Shown: positions 17,819 to 26,934 of the stretch, piece after piece | Position numbering within the stretch: the stretch's first letter is position 1 | Layout: every line of letters starts with the position of its first letter | From: an uncultured Erysipelotrichaceae bacterium | Lineage (GTDB): Bacteria > Bacillota_I > Bacilli_A > RF39 > UBA660 | Reading direction: 5' to 3' | Assembly: GCA_902764545.1 (NCBI GenBank) | Contig: CACWWC010000005.1 | Coordinates: forward strand, 192 to 64,191 | DNA length: 64,000 bases | Notes under the pieces: generated by a model | Databases searched by the model: none | Told to the model about the DNA's origin: nothing | The model's input: only the letters and a program-made list of their open reading frames with translations | Made by a program: the position numbers and the translations under genes

Positions 17819-18720
17819 TATTCAGCACCTACATTCTCATAATAATATTTTTCTCCTTTTAATAAGAAATATGTATTAATAATTAAAACACCATGCATTA
17901 AAAACTGTATATACCATCTTTCCAACAATTGAAGATAGGTCTCACGTCCCAATAAATATTGAACTAACATGACAAGTAAATATAACATTATACCAAATTG
18001 TAAAAAAGACTTATGAAAAGAAGCTCTCTCTATTCTATCTCTATAAACACTTTCTACAAGCATATCTATATCAAGTTGCATATTTTCTAATGAGTCAGCA
18101 GAATTTTGTGCACCCTCTTTTGTAATTTGTAAAAATAACTGATGCATATTTTTAACAATGTAAAAAGGATATAGTTTACTCATATAATCAAGTGCTTCAT
18201 CAATAGTACCATTATCATATGACATATTAATCATTTGATTAACATCAGATAAAACAGGATCCTCCAAAACACCAGAATCACGAACACCCTCTAAAGCCTT
18301 TACAAAAGATTGAGTGGTACCAAATTCCATTATAGTATTAGATGTATATACCTGAATTTGTTCAAATATAAATTCAGAATAAACCTTTTTACATCTTAAA
18401 TAAGCCAAATACGGAACAAATGAAACTGCAACGACAGCGTATATAATACTTATGATTATATTATAAAAATATAAATATGAAACAACAGCCGCAAATGAAG
18501 CAAATAAAGCAACTTGTATAGAATATTGTCTAACTGTATACTCCTGTCCCAACTGCTTAGTCTTTTCACGAACAACTCTAAAAGAATAAGGTGCAAATTT
18601 CTCATACATTCCCTGAACTTGTCCAAGAAAGTATTTCCCAACATTGTCACCCTTATAATTACGGTATAAATATATACCAACAACAAAAACTATAATAATA
18701 AATAACTCTTCAATATACAT
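17818..18720 (-). CDS. tadB: TadB-like platform protein (T2SS-F/GspF-type domain)
   Basis: 300 aa with the same architecture as the TadC-like protein, lying immediately after the TadA ATPase. Confidence 0.6.
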   Translation of the reverse strand: MYIEELFIIIVFVVGIYLYRNYKGDNVGKYFLGQVQGMYEKFAPYSFRVVREKTKQLGQEYTVRQYSIQVALFASFAAVVSYLYFYNIIISIIYAVVAVSFVPYLAYLRCKKVYSEFIFEQIQVYTSNTIMEFGTTQSFVKALEGVRDSGVLEDPVLSDVNQMINMSYDNGTIDEALDYMSKLYPFYIVKNMHQLFLQITKEGAQNSADSLENMQLDIDMLVESVYRDRIERASFHKSFLQFGIMLYLLVMLVQYLLGRETYLQLLERWYIQFLMHGVLIINTYFLLKGEKYYYENVGAE

Positions 18721-18739
18721 ATATAATCAACCCCAATCA

Positions 18740-20209
18740 CTAATCTTCCAATTTTGGAACTTGTTGACTACCAACTACTACAGAATTAATAGAAGGTTGA
18801 ACTGAATTATTTGTCTGAATTACAGGAGTATTTGCAGTAATCTGTTGATTAACAGCATTATTAATCGGAGTCATTTGAATACCAGAAGAAGCAATATTTT
18901 GCTCATTAATAGCTGTAGAATTTAAACTATTCACAGTAGATGAAGCTAACATAACGTTGTTATTATCCATTACAGGAACAGATTCAGCTTGTCCATCAAC
19001 AATGTTATTAGAAATAGCATTACTGCCTGCAGCAGAATTAGAAATGTTCAAATCATTAACATTATTATTAGAAGCATTATTTCCTAAATCAGTACTGACA
19101 TTGTTTGATTCAAAATTATTAAAATCATCCTTTGCTTCATAAATTGGTAACTCATCAGGCAAATCTTTAATTATAGAAGAAACATCAATATTTTGATTTT
19201 CAATATACTCAACTAAATGACTACTAGGTTTACACATCATCATCTGACCCATTTGTTTCTGATAAATAATTCTGGATTGTGGCTCATTATTATCATCAAC
19301 GTAAAATTCACACACCTCATCTACTTCACGATGAAACTTACCATATTCCTTACTATAAAAAGCTTTAATATGAACACCAATCTGTATATATCTATATATT
19401 GTTGATAAGAATTGATGAACATCCAAATCCGTCTCCATCAATGAATATAAACGATAAGGAATTGCAGAAGCCTTATCAGCATGTATTGTTGATAAAATGT
19501 TATGACCAGAAGATATTGAATTACGCACTGCAGAAACAGCTTCTGCAGAACGTACCTCAGAAAGCAAAATCCATTTAGGATTCTGTCTCATACATGTTAC
19601 TAGAACATCAGAATATGATGCAACATTATTAGTTTTCATAGCAACAATATCCCTTTGGGGATAAATCTTATCCAAATGTAGTTCAAGAGTATCCTCTATA
19701 GTAATAATTTTTTCATTTACCTTAGTATGACTAGCTAAGTATTTAACAAACTCTGTTTTACCTGAACCAGTTTCTCCAGCAACCATTATATTACAATGAC
19801 CTTCAACACATTTAATTAAAAAATCATGAATAGCAGGAGTAAAATAATCTTCTTTTATTAATTTTTCTTTTTCTAAACGAATCTTAGCAGGAGTTTTACG
19901 TATAACTAAAGCAATTCCATTTGTAGCAATAGATTGATGAACAAAGTTCATACGTAATTCAGCAGACTCAGCATCCAAAAAAGGTTTAGCATTATTAAAC
20001 GTAGTTCCCATTACATTAGAACATTGAAAAGCAAGCTTCTCCACAAATTCTGGAGTAGCACCTTCAACTTCCACTCTCATAGACCCTTGAGTTAATGAAC
20101 GAATCCATATTTGACCATTATTATCATACGAAATATCAGTAATATCATCATTATCAAGTAAAGCCCTAAATGGACCAAAATCTAATTTATCAAAAATATT
20201 TTCATTCAT
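18740..20209 (-). CDS. tadA: TadA/CpaF secretion ATPase (GspE/VirB11 superfamily) with an Asn/Ser/Gln-rich C-terminal tail
   Basis: Walker A VAGETGSGKTEFVKYL, Asp box ITIEDTLEL, Walker B WILLSEVR, His box GHNILSTIHA. The last roughly 130 aa are low complexity. Confidence 0.9.
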   Translation of the reverse strand: MNENIFDKLDFGPFRALLDNDDITDISYDNNGQIWIRSLTQGSMRVEVEGATPEFVEKLAFQCSNVMGTTFNNAKPFLDAESAELRMNFVHQSIATNGIALVIRKTPAKIRLEKEKLIKEDYFTPAIHDFLIKCVEGHCNIMVAGETGSGKTEFVKYLASHTKVNEKIITIEDTLELHLDKIYPQRDIVAMKTNNVASYSDVLVTCMRQNPKWILLSEVRSAEAVSAVRNSISSGHNILSTIHADKASAIPYRLYSLMETDLDVHQFLSTIYRYIQIGVHIKAFYSKEYGKFHREVDEVCEFYVDDNNEPQSRIIYQKQMGQMMMCKPSSHLVEYIENQNIDVSSIIKDLPDELPIYEAKDDFNNFESNNVSTDLGNNASNNNVNDLNISNSAAGSNAISNNIVDGQAESVPVMDNNNVMLASSTVNSLNSTAINEQNIASSGIQMTPINNAVNQQITANTPVIQTNNSVQPSINSVVVGSQQVPKLED

Positions 20210-20233
20210 GTAACCACATCCATTTTATTCTTT

Positions 20234-21052
20234 TTAATTAGTCCAAACAGTATTTGTATTAATCCAGTTTACTAAATCTTCACTACTAACCTCTAAATCG
20301 GCAGGTTCATCCTTTAAACTCTCATTAGTAGGTACTAATATTAAAGTAGTATCAAAAGATCTCATAAATTCAGCCTTTTTAAGTAAAATATAGTATTCTT
20401 CTGGAACAGCAAATACAACCATAGCAGGAGACTTTCCCTCATCAATATTTTGAAAAACTGGTGAACCATCACTTGCTTTTACAGCAAGCACTTCAATATT
20501 AGAAAGCAATTTTCCAAGCATAATTCTATCAGCACCACTTGCACCTTGAGCAATTTGATCATCAGTTAATTTATTAACTGCCTTCAAATAAATATCAATA
20601 TAATTTCCAGGATAAACTGAATTACCATATGTACTTTCAGTTGTAACTGATAAATTATATAAAACATAACCTTTAGGATATTGTAATATTATATTGGCAG
20701 GAAGTTGTTCTTTTTCAACAACCGCTCTCTTATAAAATAAACTACCTTCTGGAATTACTACATCAGCAGCTGAATATTTATCAATAATTTCACCCATATT
20801 AGTAATTACATCACCTTCAAGCATTGAAGGAGGGACTTGTCTAGTTGATATCATATTTTCTGTAATCTGAGTCCCAGCAGGAATTTGTTGTGCAGCATAC
20901 GGAACAGTAATAGGATTAATTGAACTTTTAATACGCATAGTATAAGCAATATACAAAATAACAATAGCTAAAATTACACCAACAACGGTAACAGTATTTT
21001 TATTTTGCATAAACTTTTTAAATCCAATAGCCAAATTACCCATTTTTATCAC
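20234..21052 (-). CDS. cpaB: CpaB/RcpC-like Flp pilus assembly protein (SAF domain)
   Basis: N-terminal TM anchor followed by the pattern PYAAQQIPAGTQITENMIS..QVP characteristic of SAF/CpaB N-domains. It lies directly upstream of tadA. Confidence 0.6.
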   Translation of the reverse strand: MIKMGNLAIGFKKFMQNKNTVTVVGVILAIVILYIAYTMRIKSSINPITVPYAAQQIPAGTQITENMISTRQVPPSMLEGDVITNMGEIIDKYSAADVVIPEGSLFYKRAVVEKEQLPANIILQYPKGYVLYNLSVTTESTYGNSVYPGNYIDIYLKAVNKLTDDQIAQGASGADRIMLGKLLSNIEVLAVKASDGSPVFQNIDEGKSPAMVVFAVPEEYYILLKKAEFMRSFDTTLILVPTNESLKDEPADLEVSSEDLVNWINTNTVWTN

Positions 21053-21069
21053 ATCCTTCTTAATTTAAA

Positions 21070-21561
21070 TTAATTTACATCAAGTAAGCTCTTACACATA
21101 TCAGAGTCAGTATTAATACCAACTTCAGTACTAATATCACTCATATAATTAGATTCTAATATAGCATCGTAACTTGTAGATATATTAGCAGCTTCATTAT
21201 TTCTTTTACCATTTTCAACAGCATTAAAACTCAATGTAGTTAAGGAATCAACTTTAATACTTACCTTTGGAGGCACTTCATTAATATCATAAAAACTTAC
21301 CTTATACCCTCTAGAAGCATCTACACTACTTGCAAATCGATAAAGAAAGCTTTCAACAAACTTTTCTTTATCAATTCTATATAATCCACAAGTTCTATAA
21401 TAAGATAAATCAATCGCATCTTCCATAGAAGCATTTGCAGTCTCTTTTACTAAATAATAATCCATTTCACTACCAGTAGAATAATTTGTTAATACTTGAA
21501 GTAATAATAGAGCAATTAATGCTAGAAATATAATACCTACTGTCAAAACACTCTTATTCAT
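21070..21561 (-). CDS. Membrane-anchored small protein of unknown function (minor pilin or assembly candidate)
   Basis: 163 aa with an N-terminal hydrophobic helix and 2 Cys. Its start codon overlaps the stop codon of the 909-aa gene by 1 nt, sharing nucleotide 21561. Confidence 0.5.
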   Translation of the reverse strand: MNKSVLTVGIIFLALIALLLLQVLTNYSTGSEMDYYLVKETANASMEDAIDLSYYRTCGLYRIDKEKFVESFLYRFASSVDASRGYKVSFYDINEVPPKVSIKVDSLTTLSFNAVENGKRNNEAANISTSYDAILESNYMSDISTEVGINTDSDMCKSLLDVN

Positions 21562-24290
21562 TATTTAACCTCCCCAACAATATTCTCGCAAGCACTACTA
21601 GAATAGTTTTTCATATTATTACATTTTAAGGCATTAGATGATTTCTCAGGTACCTTTTTATCTTTAATATTATCTCTAATCTTTTGACTATAATATCTTC
21701 CTACACCATTTGAATCAATATAGAAATCACTATTCTTAAAGTTAGTATAATTTGAACCACTATTTTCAACTTCATTTCTCATTTTTCTAAGTTCGTCTCT
21801 CGTTATATTAAATTGATAATCCAAATATTCATCAGAGTAAACTGAATTACCCTTTTCTTGAATAATCTTTACTAATTCACTTGGCGTACTTAAATAATTT
21901 TTATTATTTAAACCATTATTAGTATCAGCAAATGATGACCAGTTAAATCCAGGCTCTCTACTACCTTCACCTTCTTGAGCAGGGAATAAATTGTTTAAAT
22001 CAACTGATCTAACTCTATAATTTGAACTGTTAGAAACACAGCTATTTGTTTCGCTAGTAGTTGTACTCTTCATAGAATGAGCATTCAATGCATAGAAACA
22101 ATTAACAGTAATATCCCATCCAAAATAACCAAACTTAGTTGTTTTCGCTCTAATATTCCAATCAATATCAGATTCAGAAACTTTATCAGTATACATAGTT
22201 TTACAATTAGTTATTCTACCATCATCAGATGAAGACAATCCAGGTATTTTACCAGTAATTTTATAATAATAATAGTTCCACCAATTGGTATTTACATCCT
22301 CAGCATCCAAAGGTACACAGAATTTATGAGATTGTTTAGTCCAAGCGGTATTAGATGAAGAAATTGGTTTAAATGAAATTTCTCCGGTTTTAAGATTTAT
22401 CCAAGTACCAGGGAATGACCATGTTGCACGATATCTATCAGTTTTCTTAGTATTTTTATCATAACATCCGGCAAAACCGTTAGCAGGTAAAACATCACAA
22501 GTAGTATCAGTTGCACATTTTCCATCTTTATCCATAGTACATGAAGTACAACTTTCTCCTGTCTTGGCATCTTTGCAGTCAAATCCATCTTCTAAGAATG
22601 TAGTATTTTCATTATCTTTAGTATCACTTGCCCATCCTTTACTAGTACTCTTAATAGTATCAACATTTTTGTCAGCTTCAGTACTATATGGGAACTTAAC
22701 TGTTTTAACAACAGTTTTACCTGATTTATCAGAAGTTGAATAATCAGCTTCAATCGTGAATTCAGCAGTAGACTCTGAACAAGAAGCCATTGCTTGACAT
22801 TGTGTAACAGCACTTTCATAAATCTTTTTATTAATTTCATAATCAGAATCATAATTGTATTTATTTAAATAAGTATCAGAGCCACATCCTCTCCAAGAAC
22901 AAGAATCAGAACAATTAGGAGCTTTATAAATACCATTTTGACTATAAACATGATATTCAGAAGTAAGACCCCAACTATTATCATAATACCATTTACCAGG
23001 AGCATATGAAGAACTGTATTGTAGTCTACCATATCGATCAGCAATTGCAATATTCTTAGCTAGACCATACCAATACACACTACCATTTCGTCTATAATAG
23101 CATCCATAACAATTATTACCCTTACAATTTTTATTATTATTTGCACAATTATTTAAAGCAGTTTCACTAGCTGAATTACTTAAATTCATAGCAAAAGTAT
23201 CATTAGAACTTCCACTATTTTTTCCATAAACCTTCTTATAACATTTGTTTGAACAGCTTTTAGAATATTTACCTCCATCACAAGATTGAATACAAGCATC
23301 AAACTCATCATTAGGGCCACCTTGATTTCCAGACCAACTTCCAGAATAACAATATGGATATGGAGTACATACTTTATAAGATTTAGGTTTTTCAACATCA
23401 GATTCAGAACTACATGTAACACGTGATACAACCTTAACCTTATACTCAAAACACATTCCAGCTTTTGAAGCAACTGGAGGTCCATATTTAACTTCAACAG
23501 CTTCTTCACAAACTCTCTTACAAGTTACAGCTTCCTTAACTTCTGTATCTGGTGACAAATGGTAAACATAATTACCTACATTAATTGTAGAAGTTTTACT
23601 TCCATACAAATAACCAACATTTTCATCTTTATAATAACAATCTCCTTTTAAATTGTCAGAAGAATATGCCTTCGTATAGTCACATTTAAAACTTGCAGAA
23701 GTCGACTTAGAAACATCAACCTTCTTCGTTTTATTTGAATTTTTAATTCTACAAAAAGCAGAAGCAAAAGTATCACCACTTTTAATATTATTACAATCAA
23801 TTGCATCAGTTTTAATAACAGAAGCAGTATAAATATGTTCATCAACAGCATCATAACTAGCCCTTCTATTAACACCTTCAACAGTAATACTTAACTCTGA
23901 ATTAGAACAATTTTTATCTGAGGAATTTATTTGATAATCGTTTTCAATAGTAAAAAATAAATCAACAGAGTCTCCAGTTACATTATATTTTGATAAATCT
24001 ACATCTTTAGCCTCACTCCTAGTTACAACAACACTTGGAGAAACTTCAGCATTACCAACTTTATATAAGTTAAACTTAACATTTTTGTACTTAGCATCCA
24101 GCTTACTAGCATCAATTTTAACCAATTTCTCTTGAACATCAAAATCAAGACTACCATATTTTTTAGCAAGATTTTCACTAGAGCATGCATCACTATTAGT
24201 CTCAGCATAAACACTTTTTAAAGAAAAGAATGATAATATCAACAATAAGACTGAAAACCCCAAAATATTCTTATGCACTTTTCGATTCAT
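21561..24290 (-). CDS. Large secreted cysteine-rich protein (adhesin or pilus-tip candidate)
   Basis: Signal peptide with VYA/ET cleavage context. I count 37 Cys in 909 aa, in clustered CxxxC / CxxC-like groups. There is no LPXTG-type sorting signal and no C-terminal TM helix. Confidence 0.6.
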   Translation of the reverse strand: MNRKVHKNILGFSVLLLILSFFSLKSVYAETNSDACSSENLAKKYGSLDFDVQEKLVKIDASKLDAKYKNVKFNLYKVGNAEVSPSVVVTRSEAKDVDLSKYNVTGDSVDLFFTIENDYQINSSDKNCSNSELSITVEGVNRRASYDAVDEHIYTASVIKTDAIDCNNIKSGDTFASAFCRIKNSNKTKKVDVSKSTSASFKCDYTKAYSSDNLKGDCYYKDENVGYLYGSKTSTINVGNYVYHLSPDTEVKEAVTCKRVCEEAVEVKYGPPVASKAGMCFEYKVKVVSRVTCSSESDVEKPKSYKVCTPYPYCYSGSWSGNQGGPNDEFDACIQSCDGGKYSKSCSNKCYKKVYGKNSGSSNDTFAMNLSNSASETALNNCANNNKNCKGNNCYGCYYRRNGSVYWYGLAKNIAIADRYGRLQYSSSYAPGKWYYDNSWGLTSEYHVYSQNGIYKAPNCSDSCSWRGCGSDTYLNKYNYDSDYEINKKIYESAVTQCQAMASCSESTAEFTIEADYSTSDKSGKTVVKTVKFPYSTEADKNVDTIKSTSKGWASDTKDNENTTFLEDGFDCKDAKTGESCTSCTMDKDGKCATDTTCDVLPANGFAGCYDKNTKKTDRYRATWSFPGTWINLKTGEISFKPISSSNTAWTKQSHKFCVPLDAEDVNTNWWNYYYYKITGKIPGLSSSDDGRITNCKTMYTDKVSESDIDWNIRAKTTKFGYFGWDITVNCFYALNAHSMKSTTTSETNSCVSNSSNYRVRSVDLNNLFPAQEGEGSREPGFNWSSFADTNNGLNNKNYLSTPSELVKIIQEKGNSVYSDEYLDYQFNITRDELRKMRNEVENSGSNYTNFKNSDFYIDSNGVGRYYSQKIRDNIKDKKVPEKSSNALKCNNMKNYSSSACENIVGEVK

Positions 24291-25101
24291 TTAAATCATC
24301 ACCTTTCAATGTTTCTTCCACTTTCTCATATTTCTTATTTCTTTTGACTGAATAATTAGATATTTTGTTTTCTTCATTAACAAGCTTACCAGCAATGTAG
24401 AAATCATCAGTCTTGCTTCCACCAAACCTTGTACAAGTTGCTAAAGTAATAAAATTATCATCATCACTAACATTAAGATTATAATCATAAATTGAATTAT
24501 TCATCATAGTCTCTAAATATTCTTTTTTCTCATTATCATTATACTCATTTATAGGAAGAGTATTGTAACTATAACCATCAATAAAACCAGCAGCAAATAT
24601 TTGATATAAGTAATCTTTATTTTCCATGGTTAATTGAATATATTTATTCTCTCTAGCAAAATCATAATATACAAACGCCATCAATTCTTCAAATCTATTA
24701 AAACTTGAATCACTTTTATCGGGATGACTACTTAAATTCATTAAATTATGTCCTTGTATATTTACAACATTATGATATTTATTATCACCAGGCATTATCC
24801 AAGCATACTTTTCAATATCAGCCGGCATTTCAACACCGGACTTTTTTAATCCTACCAGAGGATAATCTATATTAGTTCCCTGAACCCTAATCCAACCATA
24901 TATACCATAATCATCTGTTTCTTTTGATTTCATCTTATTAATATTAGAAATACGAGATTCAACTTCATAATATTTTTCAAAAGTAAACATTTTCTTAAAT
25001 AATAAAAACAACAACAATATTACTAAAATACATAATAATATAATTAAAATAATATTATAGCTTTTTAATCTTGGACTAATTTTCTTTCTTCTACCACTCA
25101 T
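24271..25101 (-). CDS. Sortase B-like transpeptidase homologue
   Basis: N-terminal TM anchor, GWIRVQGTNIDYPLV (class B sortase signature), a His in IQGHNLMN, and a TLATC catalytic-Cys motif. The usual downstream Arg is not obvious. It overlaps the 909-aa gene by 20 nt. Confidence 0.55.
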   Translation of the reverse strand: MSGRRKKISPRLKSYNIILIILLCILVILLLFLLFKKMFTFEKYYEVESRISNINKMKSKETDDYGIYGWIRVQGTNIDYPLVGLKKSGVEMPADIEKYAWIMPGDNKYHNVVNIQGHNLMNLSSHPDKSDSSFNRFEELMAFVYYDFARENKYIQLTMENKDYLYQIFAAGFIDGYSYNTLPINEYNDNEKKEYLETMMNNSIYDYNLNVSDDDNFITLATCTRFGGSKTDDFYIAGKLVNEENKISNYSVKRNKKYEKVEETLKGDDLNESKSA

Positions 25102-25112
25102 AAATACTCCTT

Positions 25113-26924
25113 TTATTTCAATCTATATGGATCACTAATCGTTCCACTACCACTACTTATAACAACACTATTTTTTACATATCCAACCACTCTTACGCCA
25201 AAATAATCATAATCACCTACATCACGATTAAGCGGAACTCCAACATCTTGAAGAGCTTCCTCCCTACGTGCACCTTTAACAGAATTAATTAACCAATATG
25301 AATATGATAAAGCACCAGAATTTTCAGTAGGAAATGCGCTAAACATTTCATAAATATTTGGAGCACTAAACTTAACATTATATGTTTTAGTCTTTTTTTC
25401 TTCTCCATAAACAATTCTTTTATTATAAATTGGGACCTTTATATCATGATTAACAAATATCGATGTATCAATATTATTGCTTATTTTATTGTTTATATAA
25501 TATGCAACATTATCCTTTTGTTTTGGATTATATATTAACTCACTTGCTCCAGGCATTGAAGTAACAGATAATCGCTCGCCATTACTATCAAAAATCGTAC
25601 TTGAACTTATTACTTTTGTAGTACCATCCTCTAAAGTATCAATAATTCTCCATAAATTACCTTTATTTTCAATATATTCACCTGTAAATCTTGTATTAAG
25701 TAACGAACTCCCTTTAGCCTTCTTCGTATCACCAAAAGTATAGGGATTAATATATGACCCATCTCCATCTTGAATATATGAATCACCTTTAATAACAAAC
25801 ATAGGTCGAACACCATAGTTATCTAGATAGCTATAAGAGAGATATCTTTTTCCATATTGATCACCAAAGAAATAAATTCTAGTTAAATAAGCATCTTTGT
25901 CATCTTTTTTATTAGCTACCCAAGACATTGTACTTGGTCTCATAAAATTCTCATCATTTCCCTCAGCTTTATTAACATCAATAATAGATGGAATATAAGT
26001 ATATCTTTTATCTGTATAGCTATTGCATTGAGTTGTGTCAAGGTTAGCCTCATCAATAGTCATGTTACAAAATTTAGATTTAACAATAATTTTTTTCGTG
26101 TAATCATTTAAATGTTCATAATAATAATCCTCCAACCATTTTTCTATTTTTGAATGATTAACATTCGCAACGTCTTCATTCGATACTAAAATAACATTAT
26201 CATCATTATTAATACCATATATCCTATATAACATATTTGAAAGCCTAACATAATTATTGTCAGGATTTCCCACATAATTGGTAGCCTCTCCCAATTCTTT
26301 CTTAACAACACTTTTAACAGTTTTAACAACCTTAACAGTTCTCGTAGCTACCCCTTTATTTGATAGATTATCAAATGCAGAATAAGTGACAGTATAAACA
26401 CCTATTTTATTAGTATTAACATTACTCTTTATACTTACCAAATCATTTTTTATCTTTCCATCATTACTATCAATAACACTATTAACACCTAATTCTTTAT
26501 ATTTATCGCCAATACTTACAGTAACCTCTTCATCACCATTTAGTTTAATAACCGGTCCATCATGATCGACAGATGATTTTAATATCCCACAATCCAAATA
26601 TGTATAATAAACATACTTACCATTTTCTTTTCTTATCTTTACCCAGCTTTTCTCAATAGAACAAACTTTTTTAGAAAGAGGAATATAAAAGTCAGTGTCC
26701 AAATAAGCCTCCTTATAAAGAGCACTTAAAGAAAGAGTCTTAACTCTTTCTCCTGTAGGCAATTTATCACTATTTAATTCAAAATACCTTTTAGCAGCAT
26801 TTTCTATTTTCTTTTCATTGCTGTGAAAAGTAAGCATAGGTGATAAAACTAAGAACCATACAAACATAGAAACAATCACAATAGAAACTACAAGCTTTAA
26901 AATTTTTACAATCCCTTTTTGCAT
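25113..26924 (-). CDS. Membrane-anchored surface protein with an Ig-like domain and two beta-rich repeats; paralogue of 2087..3313
   Basis: TM anchor and the shared AAKRYF..D.LP...YLDCG module. An Ig-like segment (GPVIKLNGDEEVTVSIGDKY...GVYTVTYSAFDNLSN..RTVKVV). Two LWRI/LYRI..VRP-type modules. The C-terminus is GSGTISDPYRLK. Confidence 0.7.
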   Translation of the reverse strand: MQKGIVKILKLVVSIVIVSMFVWFLVLSPMLTFHSNEKKIENAAKRYFELNSDKLPTGERVKTLSLSALYKEAYLDTDFYIPLSKKVCSIEKSWVKIRKENGKYVYYTYLDCGILKSSVDHDGPVIKLNGDEEVTVSIGDKYKELGVNSVIDSNDGKIKNDLVSIKSNVNTNKIGVYTVTYSAFDNLSNKGVATRTVKVVKTVKSVVKKELGEATNYVGNPDNNYVRLSNMLYRIYGINNDDNVILVSNEDVANVNHSKIEKWLEDYYYEHLNDYTKKIIVKSKFCNMTIDEANLDTTQCNSYTDKRYTYIPSIIDVNKAEGNDENFMRPSTMSWVANKKDDKDAYLTRIYFFGDQYGKRYLSYSYLDNYGVRPMFVIKGDSYIQDGDGSYINPYTFGDTKKAKGSSLLNTRFTGEYIENKGNLWRIIDTLEDGTTKVISSSTIFDSNGERLSVTSMPGASELIYNPKQKDNVAYYINNKISNNIDTSIFVNHDIKVPIYNKRIVYGEEKKTKTYNVKFSAPNIYEMFSAFPTENSGALSYSYWLINSVKGARREEALQDVGVPLNRDVGDYDYFGVRVVGYVKNSVVISSGSGTISDPYRLK

Positions 26925-26934
26925 AACAATCCTC

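Noticed and set aside
22397-24214. Six same-strand alternative-frame ORFs of 61-107 aa inside the 909-aa gene: 22397..22588, 22592..22852, 22865..23050, 23186..23509, 23648..23881 and 24023..24214.
   Set aside because: They are wholly nested in a much longer ORF with clear signal-peptide and domain structure. Their Leu/Val/Met/Lys-rich products look like frame-shifted translations of Asn/Ser/Thr/Cys-rich coding sequence, and none has an RBS. I treat them as compositional artefacts.
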